A stretch of 64,000 bases of DNA, from NCBI GenBank assembly GCA_000004985.1, contig GG738883.1; one strand, written 5' to 3'. This stretch comes from Naegleria gruberi. Taxonomy: Eukaryota. The notes below the pieces were generated by a model, which was not told where the DNA came from, did no database searches, and saw nothing but the letters and a program-made list of their open reading frames with translations. Positions 55,939 through 64,000 of this stretch are shown here, piece by piece. The position numbers were made by a program, and so were the translations under genes. Each line of letters begins with the position of its first letter. Positions within the stretch are counted from its first letter, which is position 1.

Positions 55939-57251
55939 ATAATCCATATGGATCATCATCTGCTCCTCCATTGGTGATGAATCAACAACAGCAACCACCT
56001 ACTTATGGACAGCCTATGAATCAACAACAACAACAACCACCGATGCATCATCAACCGAATTATGGACAAGTTGTGCAACCAACAACATCGGGTGGATCGA
56101 TTACAGTTTCTACTACACAACAACATCCACATTCATTCTATTATCCATATTATTCATATCAGACAACTACTAATACTAACATTCCAATTCATGGACAACC
56201 ACAACAAGGATCAGTCCCACCACCACAACAACAACATGTACAACAACCGTATGGTCAACCACAACCACCAATGAATCCACCAAGTACTAATATTCAACCT
56301 ATGAATCCTTATGGTCAACCAATGATGACTCCACCACCTGTTGTGAATAGTTCACCATTAACTGTTGCCTCAGTCCAAACTAGTATTACATTCAGTAATA
56401 CTACTACTCCAACTCCAACACACAACAGTATTAAATATCAAATTAACCCACCTCTCCACATTGCTCCACATTATTCATTGAGAGGAGAATTGGTATTAAA
56501 AACACAACATCCATTCTGTGTGAGAGCTATGCATCATTCACCAACAATTATTATTGCTGATTCGAATACTAGCAAAATTACCTTGTTGGATAGTTCAAGT
56601 GGGATGGTAAGAGAAACCTTCGATGTTACCACAGGATGTGTTGGAGGTGTTGGAGTTGATCCAATGGATGACAGTTTTTATATTGTTTCTGGACAGAAAA
56701 TTCTAAAATATGGAGCTAATGGAGTTCATTTGGGAACTTTTGGAGAGAATTTCAATTTGAAAAAGCCATACGGTCTAACAGTCGACGATCAAGGGTTTGT
56801 CTATATCTGTGATCTTCATCAACATATTTTTGTAATGACTCGTGAAGGAATCATGGTCAGATACATCTCAGTAGAGAAGCCTTATGATATTTTCTTTGAT
56901 AAATTAAATCAAACTCTTGTAGTGACTGACCAAGATAAGGATTGTGTAAGAGTTTTAACTAAAGAAGGTCTGAAAATTAGAAAAATTGGTGGAAAGGGAA
57001 ATGCTAAAGGTCAATTCATTTCACCAAGTGGAGTTTGTGTAAATGCAGGTAGTAACATTATTGTTGCAGATTATGGAAATCATAGAGTGCAAGTATTTGA
57101 TTGTATGGGAAGATTCCTCTATTCTATGGGAAATAAGGGAAAATTAGAATCAGAATTTGATTTACCAAGATCAGTATGCACTGATATTAATGGAAATTTA
57201 TTTGTTGCTGAATATGGAAACTCTAGAGTTCAAATATTCAGGAAAATGTAA
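55758..57251 (+). CDS. NHL-repeat protein with long poly-Q/P/Y prion-like N-terminus (tandem paralog 2)
   Basis: Q-rich N-terminal ~200 aa, including a (CAA)10 tract. The NHL repeat block is about 60% identical to the upstream paralog (GKGNAKGQFISPSGVCVNAGSNIIVADYGNHRVQVFD). Confidence 0.8.
55908..55937 (+). repeat. (CAA)n trinucleotide repeat encoding poly-Q inside gene 55758..57251
   Basis: Ten perfect CAA units seen directly. Confidence 0.9.
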
Positions 57252-57435
57252 ATAAACTTCTCTTTGCCCAGATAGATTGTAATGAACATTTTATAGAATT
57301 TAGATGCCTACGAAAGAGATTGTATCACTTATCGTATGGAAAGTTGTTGTTTGCTATTCTAATAAATTCCTTAAATCAATTTAGTATTAGCCAATAACAC
57401 TAATAAAAATAATAACTTTAAGGATAGGAATGTAA

Positions 57436-57499
57436 AGCAAATTGGAAGCGCGATGGGCTCATAACCCATAGGTCCTAGGATCGAAACCTAGATTTGCTA
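57436..57499 (+). pseudogene. initiator tRNA-Met (CAT)-derived pseudogene with deleted D-arm (~64 nt)
   Basis: AGCAAAT TG GAAGCGCG ATGGG CTCATAA CCCAT AGGTC CTAGG ATCGAAA CCTAG ATTTGCT A. Initiator hallmarks present: A1:U72, three G:C pairs in the anticodon stem, and T-loop A54/A60. Only ~8 nt lie between position 9 and the anticodon stem, so the A box is lost. Confidence 0.6.
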
Positions 57500-57604
57500 A
57501 TCATTTTACAATTTTGGCATTGAAACAATCTATTAATAAATTTAGTGAACTAAGGCAAAAACAAACCAATATTAATTTAAAAGGAATTAATTTAAAAAGG
57601 AAAT

Positions 57605-57676
57605 GGGGACCAGTGGGAATCGAACCCACGGCCTCTCGCACCCAAAGCGAGAATCATACCACTAGACCATGGTCCC
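57605..57676 (-). tRNA. tRNA-Pro (anticodon TGG)
   Basis: Minus strand GGGACCATGGTCTAGTGGTATGATTCTCGCTTTGGGTGCGAGAGGCCGTGGGTTCGATTCCCACTGGTCCCC is a canonical 72-nt cloverleaf. T5 lies downstream. Confidence 0.9.
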
Positions 57677-58217
57677 TTATATTGAATGAATAATATTAAA
57701 AAAAATTGATGTCTAGAACTTTGGCGCATTTGATTGAATTTACTATTGTAATATTCCATTCTTTGAAAATCTTGTAATGGGCTTCTTTCTTCATCAAAAA
57801 AAAACAAGAGAAGCACATAGATTTCAGATGCTGATTCTTCATCAAACAGATTATCCTCTGATTCAGATTTTGATTCATCATTATCACAAAGGCCTCACCT
57901 TCAAAAATATCTTGAAAAAGTGTCTCACCAGAAAAAGATACCATTACTACATTCCATCAAGCTTAAGGATTATGTTTTCAAATCCAAAAATGATTCTTCT
58001 TCTTTCTCGAAGATTTCCAATTCAACCAAGAGGGTATTTGTAAATTGAAGATCTTAATGGATACATTCATTTTTAGAAAGTATGTCGATTAGTTCTGAAT
58101 AAAATTGAATTGTTATTACAACAGACTTCTATGTAGGGCGCCCATTGTTTGAATTATTATTCACATACTACAAAGAACACAAAGTGTCAAGGTTTTTTAA
58201 CAAAAGTCTGCCATAAT

Positions 58218-59165
58218 TTATTCATCGAATGGATCTTCTACTCTCGCACTAGTGAGCTCTAATAATTGATTCATATCTTCTCTCAATACTCTTGTTCTTT
58301 CCTCATCCAAGTTCAACGTTTCACTTGAGAACAATCCAAAGAATTCATAAACTCGAGGTAATATTTCACCTCTTCTGAATTTCGAACTTCCAAATAATCT
58401 ACATCTTGGATGATTACAAGTTTTCAAATCAATGATATCTTCAAATGACCATTCAGTTGGTTTTCCTTCATAAGTTTTAAATTTTTCCTCAATCATCATA
58501 CATAATTGATGTGTATAATCACAAAATGTATCATAATCTACAATAATTTCATGGAAATAGAGTCTATATCCTGATTTGTATTTGGCTGTAGTTGTAACAG
58601 CATCTTCCCATTTTCCATGACATTGTGTCAATACCATTGAAATATCTTTTTTAGGAAAATATTGTTTTGTAAATTGCATAATACTATCAACCCATCCCAA
58701 TTCCACAATATCACATGGTTTTTCAATTTCCACTTTCAAATCAATATCAACATATAATCTAAATGCATGTTTAGTTCTCATTTCCTCAATGTACATTTTA
58801 GATTTATCAAGTATTGTCTTCTTCCAAGCACTCAAATATTCATTATACATTTGTTGAGATCTGAAAATGATGTGATAATGTCCTCCTCGTTGTGACACAT
58901 GTGTTGGATGTTCTAAACATAAAACTAAATTCTTTTCATTGTGTTTCAAGAGCCATTTCTCTAATTCGTCTTGTGGTTTATAATCCTCGATGCATTTTCT
59001 TGCTTTTACTTGTGAAAAGACGACACCATATTCTCCAATCTTGGAATTACTATTGGATGATGTTGAATTTCCTTTAATTTCGGAATATCTTTTCACATTG
59101 GGTGAAATTTTTGTAATTGATTCCAGTGATGATCCGGACTGCTGACTATGTTTCTTTGGTGCCAT
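58218..59165 (-). CDS. hypothetical protein, paralog B of the SQRGGHYH / hhDhD / CHG / KYKSGYRLYF / HPRCRLFGS family
   Basis: The 315-aa ATG ORF is collinear with 30000..30884, with the identical motifs HPTHVSQRGGHYH, LYVDIDLK, QCHGKW, KYKSGYRLYF, EDIIDL and NHPRCRLFGSSK. Confidence 0.7.
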   Translation of the reverse strand: MAPKKHSQQSGSSLESITKISPNVKRYSEIKGNSTSSNSNSKIGEYGVVFSQVKARKCIEDYKPQDELEKWLLKHNEKNLVLCLEHPTHVSQRGGHYHIIFRSQQMYNEYLSAWKKTILDKSKMYIEEMRTKHAFRLYVDIDLKVEIEKPCDIVELGWVDSIMQFTKQYFPKKDISMVLTQCHGKWEDAVTTTAKYKSGYRLYFHEIIVDYDTFCDYTHQLCMMIEEKFKTYEGKPTEWSFEDIIDLKTCNHPRCRLFGSSKFRRGEILPRVYEFFGLFSSETLNLDEERTRVLREDMNQLLELTSARVEDPFDE

Positions 59166-59341
59166 TATAAAGTTATTATTAAATATAATTGTTAATATCT
59201 TGAATTGATTATTTTTTTTTAATTGATTTGAAATTCATCAATTTACATCAAATTTGAACTTTATTTATAGTTTTAAAGTTCAATCTCAAAATTTAAAGGT
59301 TGTTGTTGGTTTGTACAATTTTTACAAAGTTGTAAAAAGTT

Positions 59342-61327
59342 TTAAAGGGTTATTGCCGATGGGATAAAACGTCTAAATGGTTCATAGAAACAGCTCTGAT
59401 ATGTTTCGCTACCCTTAGTGAACTCGTCTTGTCCATAAATTGGTTTTGAATTGCTAGTGATTGGTTGTGGAGATGGGTGGAAATGATTATTTTCTTGTTT
59501 CTTTCTCAAAATTTGGACAATCATTATTTCGTAAACTACTGTAAAATCAGATAGTTTCTTAACTCGCTTTGCTAGAATATCTTTGTTTGGATTTTGTCTG
59601 CTTTTAGGTGATACAAACAGGTGTCTTCGTTCTCCCAGAGACATTTGGCAAAGATGTTTCTCGATATCTGGATTTACTTGACCTTTACCAATAGTAAATT
59701 GAAGTAAATCTGGAACTACTTCAATATCTTTGGCAACAGAATCAAATATAATGCTAACTGTTGATGTAGAGCTGGATGTACCACCTCCTCTTCCTGAAGA
59801 GTCAGTAGACCAGTTGTCTTCAGCATCTTCTGGATCGTGATTTGTTATTGGTGGCAGAGCAGATGAATTAGAGGAATAGAGAGATAGGTCATCTTCACTT
59901 CTTTGCGAAAGTGTCAGTCTAGAATCAGTGCAAGTGGTTGCAAAACTCAGTTCTGAAAATGAACTTGCTACAGATGCTCTACTATCATAAACTTCGCTAT
60001 TATTTGTGCTGGTGGAAGTTATTTCGTCTTCCGAATCCACATCAGATTTTCTTTGTTTTAACAAGAACTTGTTATTGGCATGTGACAACCAATTTTCAAA
60101 ATCAGTATAACTATTTGATGGTGGTTTGACAATGTACAAATCCTTGTCATCATCGAACCCTTCTTCTCCTTCTTCATCATCGCTTGTATCATATGAAACA
60201 CTACAGTGTTTGTTTGTTTCAATAGATTTATAAGTCTTATCCACAATGGTATCATTCAATAGCTTTGCAACATAATGTACAGAAATAGAATCCCCAATTT
60301 GAGGTCTATTTGTTTCGTCTCCCTTTTGCAATATTTTCGAATAAGTTCCATTATTTAGAGCTCTAACAGCACAATTACATTCAAATTTGTGTTTTGGCCA
60401 ATCCGATACTTGATGTTCTTTACAACAATATCTAACTTCTCTACATAAGCTGCAAGTTTTAAGTTGTAATCTTCCTGAATCCAATGATTTGTTAGATAAT
60501 TTACAATATTTACAAAACAAAAATCTTTCCATTTCCTTGCCACTTGTTTTTCTAGTGAGTTTCTTTTTCGAGTTTGAAACTGATGATAATTTAGTGGCAT
60601 ATAACATGTCAATCTTGGAATCTTTAGTTGAAATTCCAAAACCTGAAACTAATTTTCTGGCATGAGTAATGGTGTCAACCGTAGTCGAAGATGATGATTT
60701 TCTCTTTCCATTTGTTTCGGTTTGTTGATTATTAGATTTCATATTTGCTAAACTATAAGGATCAACTTGTTTCGTATTATTATTATTATTATTTTGACAG
60801 GTATTAAATTCTTCCTGTTCTTCGGTAGTAGTTGTACTAGTAATAGTCTTTGCTTCAAATTCACTTCTCTCCTGCTGAAGATGATGATGATGCTGACTTC
60901 CTTCCTTCGTCGTCAGATGAGCGGAATTAGAGAAGAAACTGCTCTGCTCTGCTTTTTGCTGAGTTATTGTTGTTGTCGAAGAAAGGTTTGCGTGTCTGAG
61001 AAAGGCTTTGGAGCGAAATTTTTTAGTGCTGTTTGATTCGTAATGTTGGTGTTGGTGTTGGTGGTGTGCGACATTAACGCCATCATCATCATTGTTATTA
61101 TCAGAAATTTTCATTGGTTTGAGTGGATCATTGTTTTGATAGTTGTCTTGATTTGGATTGATAATTGGTTCTGTCAGGTATTCTTCGTCTTCTTGTTGGT
61201 TAGTGGTGGTGTTTTTGTGATTATTGGATGTTAGAGGAGTTTGTTCTTCTTGAGGTGAAGATGAAGGAAATTGTTGTTGTCCTGAGAGAAGTAACGGATT
61301 GATTTGAATCATTGGTGAAGTGGCCAT
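59342..61327 (-). CDS. MYND zinc-finger + FKBP-type PPIase-like domain protein with N/Q/S-rich N-terminus
   Basis: zf-MYND CKYCKLSNKS...CSLCREVRYCCKEHQVSDWPKHKFEC. FKBP-like KILQKGDETNRPQIGDSISVHYVAKLLNDTIVDKTY..., with an acidic/S-rich insert before the C-terminal half (...MSLGERRHLFVSPK...). Confidence 0.65.
   Translation of the reverse strand: MATSPMIQINPLLLSGQQQFPSSSPQEEQTPLTSNNHKNTTTNQQEDEEYLTEPIINPNQDNYQNNDPLKPMKISDNNNDDDGVNVAHHQHQHQHYESNSTKKFRSKAFLRHANLSSTTTITQQKAEQSSFFSNSAHLTTKEGSQHHHHLQQERSEFEAKTITSTTTTEEQEEFNTCQNNNNNNTKQVDPYSLANMKSNNQQTETNGKRKSSSSTTVDTITHARKLVSGFGISTKDSKIDMLYATKLSSVSNSKKKLTRKTSGKEMERFLFCKYCKLSNKSLDSGRLQLKTCSLCREVRYCCKEHQVSDWPKHKFECNCAVRALNNGTYSKILQKGDETNRPQIGDSISVHYVAKLLNDTIVDKTYKSIETNKHCSVSYDTSDDEEGEEGFDDDKDLYIVKPPSNSYTDFENWLSHANNKFLLKQRKSDVDSEDEITSTSTNNSEVYDSRASVASSFSELSFATTCTDSRLTLSQRSEDDLSLYSSNSSALPPITNHDPEDAEDNWSTDSSGRGGGTSSSTSTVSIIFDSVAKDIEVVPDLLQFTIGKGQVNPDIEKHLCQMSLGERRHLFVSPKSRQNPNKDILAKRVKKLSDFTVVYEIMIVQILRKKQENNHFHPSPQPITSNSKPIYGQDEFTKGSETYQSCFYEPFRRFIPSAITL
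60776..60793 (-). repeat. (AAT)6 repeat encoding poly-N in gene 59342..61327
   Basis: tattattattattattat on the plus strand, seen directly. Confidence 0.8.
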
Positions 61328-61805
61328 TATGTTGATTCAAGGAAGGTAGATAATTATAATAGAGGATTTTTCTTTTGCATGGCCCCTTGCATGCTGTTGG
61401 CATTGATTTCGTCAACATTAGTTGATGCGATTCAAGGTTAATAAGAGCGAAAAAGCATATAATAAGGTGTGAACGAAATTTAACTTCTTTAAAAAGCTTT
61501 AAAGAAAAGAATCAGCAGGCTTGTGATGGTTGTTATTTCTATTTTCTCAGAATTTCACAACCTAATGGACCATTTTACAATATTTAATAAACATGTATCT
61601 GTTCATTCGAAAGAATATTATTCTTTACAACAAGTTTAACCAATGCATATCACTATTTTCCTTGAAAACAAAGTTTCCACCAATATCAATATTAATTGAC
61701 TTTTGATGAATAATTCAATTCTTAATATTTCTTTAAATTTTAAATTAATAAAAAGTTTTTAACTTTCCTTGATTTAATAAATAATTATAGTTTATTACTG
61801 GACAA

Positions 61806-64000
61806 TTACCAAAATGCACACCAACCGATGTACATTTGACATAAATTAGAGTTAGATGTTGCTTGCTCAATTAAGAGTTCAACTTGTTCAGAACAATTCA
61901 AAGTGTGAGGCTCATCTTCAATTTGGTCATCCTCATCTTCATCAACAAAATCTCTGCCCAAAAGCTTGCTTTCAATTCTTGAACTGACAGATAAAGCTCT
62001 TTGGTTGAGAGCTTCTGGTTGTTTGAGTGATTCTTCTTCAGTTTCATCACTTTGCAATGATCTTCGGAGATTCTTCTCACGAAGTGATCTAGAAGGATAA
62101 TGTACACTATCGTGGTCGGTGTAAGATGAAACAGTTTGAGGAGAACCTTCATTATTTGACCTGAGTCCCATATCAGAGTCTTGTTGCATATTATTTGCAA
62201 TATTTTGCATGGAAGATTCTTGAGTATTGTCTTCATCATTTTGAGTTTCAAGCAAACGCCAATTGATCAAAGGATCGTGGACGAAAGCTTCTAACATGGC
62301 CATAACAGAATCCTTATTTTCTCTTAACACTCTCATGACACTTTCACAAGTAGATTTGAATGTTCCTTCAATACCACAAACCTCCATAGCATTAATGAGC
62401 ATTCTTGTAAGTCTGAAAGGAACCTTTTCAGGGAACTTATCTCTGTGCATAGCAACTTCGAAACAGTCACCAAAGTCAATGTGAACAATTTTACCAGTTG
62501 ACTTTTCCAACATCAAGTTACTAGGGTGTCTGTCACCAAGACCAAGAATATAACCAACAATAGACATAACAGCCAATGAACGGGTATAGTTAGTTCTTCT
62601 TTCAAGCCAGACTTCAGAGTTTCTACTCTTGAGCCACAATACTTTGTACAAATCTTGTCCTGTGGTATTTTCAAGAGCGTATTCAAACACTTCAATCTTT
62701 TGCATTAAAGTTAAATTTTCATAATCAAAAGCGACTTGTTGCATGAGTCTATGTTCAATGTTCAAGAGTACATTTCTGCTATCCCTGAATTCCTTGATAA
62801 GAGCGTGAAGAGTATCACAATTGTCAACCCAACCAATCAAACCAGCATTAGAGCTGAGTGGAATAACAGCATATCTCTTAATACTAAGATCACGAGTAGA
62901 TGTTTCAGGATCATTCTTCAGCAAGGTGTTAACCAAACCGAAGAGTTGCATTACTCTTTCGTCTTGTCTTAAATCTTCGTGACCCTTCAACAAGAATTGA
63001 TACTCGTTACCGTCACTACCGAAAATCTTGAGTTTTCTTGGTCTTTGTTTGGAAGATATAACTCTCAATTGACGAGCAAAGTTAGCAATTCTAATAACTG
63101 GTTGTCCACTCTTGTAAGTACCAGGAATGGCAAGTTCTAAATCATTAGCTTCCAATAATTTTGGAGAAACAATTTGCAATTCAAGCTTCATCATGTGTGG
63201 AAGTTGCTTATCAATTCTTCTAAATACATGATAGTACAGGTCCCAAGCTTGAGAAAGTTCCTTTTCTTTCTTTGTTCTTTGATACTTTTTACAGAATTCC
63301 CAAGCATCCTGGAGGTCTCTACCGAAACCTTGTGCAAAAGCGATTTCGCTCAAAGTCTCTGGATTTTGAATCATTTCATGCAATGGCTTCAAGGTATTTA
63401 ACATGCCAGGGACGTTGTGTTCGCCAAAGTACAATCTAGATGCTTCTTGAAGTCCTTCATGCCACAATTCGTTCCACAAAATTGCAACTCTAATCAACTC
63501 ATGACTGACCATAAGAGCTTGTTCGGCAAGAACTGGGTTATTTTGTCTCATGTAATTAAGCAAGGATTCAGCAGCCTTCTTTCTTGACAAAGATTGAGAG
63601 TATGAACAAACTGTTAATGGATAAACCAAAGCTTGAGGATGTACTTTGCCAACCTTGGACAAAAGCTTGTGGATCAATTTACGAACAGGACCCACATGGG
63701 AGTTAACACGAGCAATAATTTGCGGAATAACTTCGAGCCATGTATCAATTGAAACAGTATTAAAACCATCAACCAGAGTCTTTTCAATTTCTTTCATAGC
63801 ACCATGTTTGAACCACAATGTAAGTAAACGTAAAATATCTTGCAAGCTTGAGTTTCTATCTGGACTGAGATTAATAGAATTGAAAAAGCCAGTAAGAGCA
63901 GAGATGAGATAAATAGTCATAGCTTCCATATTTCTTGAAGAAGGTTGAGACTTCTTTTCAAAGTGAGAAACAACTTCAGAGTTGAGAAGAGCCCATTCGT
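61806..64000 (-). CDS. tor: serine/threonine-protein kinase TOR (target of rapamycin), C-terminal ~730 aa; gene continues beyond the window end
   Basis: FRB domain [30 protein letters not shown]...[19 protein letters not shown]3K-like catalytic domain [24 protein letters not shown] ... [13 protein letters not shown] tail [12 protein letters not shown]. The reading frame stays open upstream through the window edge (…[16 protein letters not shown]…). Confidence 0.95.
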   Translation of the reverse strand, partial: EWALLNSEVVSHFEKKSQPSSRNMEAMTIYLISALTGFFNSINLSPDRNSSLQDILRLLTLWFKHGAMKEIEKTLVDGFNTVSIDTWLEVIPQIIARVNSHVGPVRKLIHKLLSKVGKVHPQALVYPLTVCSYSQSLSRKKAAESLLNYMRQNNPVLAEQALMVSHELIRVAILWNELWHEGLQEASRLYFGEHNVPGMLNTLKPLHEMIQNPETLSEIAFAQGFGRDLQDAWEFCKKYQRTKKEKELSQAWDLYYHVFRRIDKQLPHMMKLELQIVSPKLLEANDLELAIPGTYKSGQPVIRIANFARQLRVISSKQRPRKLKIFGSDGNEYQFLLKGHEDLRQDERVMQLFGLVNTLLKNDPETSTRDLSIKRYAVIPLSSNAGLIGWVDNCDTLHALIKEFRDSRNVLLNIEHRLMQQVAFDYENLTLMQKIEVFEYALENTTGQDLYKVLWLKSRNSEVWLERRTNYTRSLAVMSIVGYILGLGDRHPSNLMLEKSTGKIVHIDFGDCFEVAMHRDKFPEKVPFRLTRMLINAMEVCGIEGTFKSTCESVMRVLRENKDSVMAMLEAFVHDPLINWRLLETQNDEDNTQESSMQNIANNMQQDSDMGLRSNNEGSPQTVSSYTDHDSVHYPSRSLREKNLRRSLQSDETEEESLKQPEALNQRALSVSSRIESKLLGRDFVDEDEDDQIEDEPHTLNCSEQVELLIEQATSNSNLCQMYIGWCAFW

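Noticed and set aside
61376-61410. U6-snRNA-like GCATGGCCCCTTGCATGC segment upstream of gene 59342..61327.
   Set aside because: It matches only ~15 nt of U6 (GCATGGCCCCTGCGCAAGG). The ACAGAGA box and 5' stem-loop are absent. Probably a chance match or promoter element.
1-64000. Reading the window as a prokaryotic island (defence systems, CRISPR, operons, mobile elements).
   Set aside because: Spliceosomal introns with GTAAGT donors, eukaryotic tRNA/7SL genes, TOR, G-alpha and Rab show it is a eukaryotic nuclear region. There are no CRISPR-like direct-repeat arrays, transposases, reverse transcriptases, integrases or terminal inverted repeats.

Overview
This is a gene-dense, AT-rich eukaryotic nuclear segment, not prokaryotic. 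The genetic code is standard. Poly-Q tracts are encoded by (CAA)n and poly-N tracts by (AAT)n. Introns are mostly 37–56 nt (one is 167 nt) and begin GTAAGT/GTATGT and end ...TAG/AAAG. Intergenic gaps are about 50–400 bp, and several convergent gene pairs have stop codons only 1–35 bp apart. This resembles a dictyostelid-type amoebozoan, though GC content is higher and introns shorter than in D. discoideum. That species call is tentative.

I can support about 35 protein-coding genes, several spliced; I rebuilt these by joining ORF-track fragments across canonical splice sites. Among these are:
- the C-terminal three-quarters of TOR kinase (FRB + PI3K-like kinase + FATC), running off the window end
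- a GH31 lysosomal-type alpha-glucosidase
- mRNA decapping enzyme Dcp2 (Nudix)
- a Hel308/HELQ-like helicase
- a D-2-hydroxyacid dehydrogenase
- EIF1AD
- a Rab GTPase (CXC tail)
- a divergent G-alpha-like protein
- an RWP-RK protein
- two single-pass receptor-like Ser/Thr kinases: one with a beta-helix GGA[IL]-repeat ectodomain, one very large with an NHL + EGF-like ectodomain
- a kinase-like probable pseudokinase
- a protein with two degenerate Ras-like GTPase domains flanking ankyrin repeats
- a tandem pair of poly-Q/NHL-repeat proteins
- a DREIV-repeat protein that I recall as DUF4116-like
- an LRR (RNI-like) protein
- F-box-like proteins
- a cysteine-less HNH-nuclease-like protein
- a pair of ~300-aa paralogs sharing unusual conserved motifs

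The ORF track misses a Pol III gene cluster: tRNA-Tyr(GUA) with an intron, tRNA-Lys(CUU), and a convincing SRP (7SL) RNA gene. It also misses tRNA-Pro(UGG), lying convergent to an initiator-tRNA-Met-derived pseudogene whose D-arm is deleted. I found no transposon, CRISPR or prokaryotic defence-system signatures. The most novel candidates are the paralogous motif-bearing pair (30000–30884 and 58218–59165) and the HNH-like gene.
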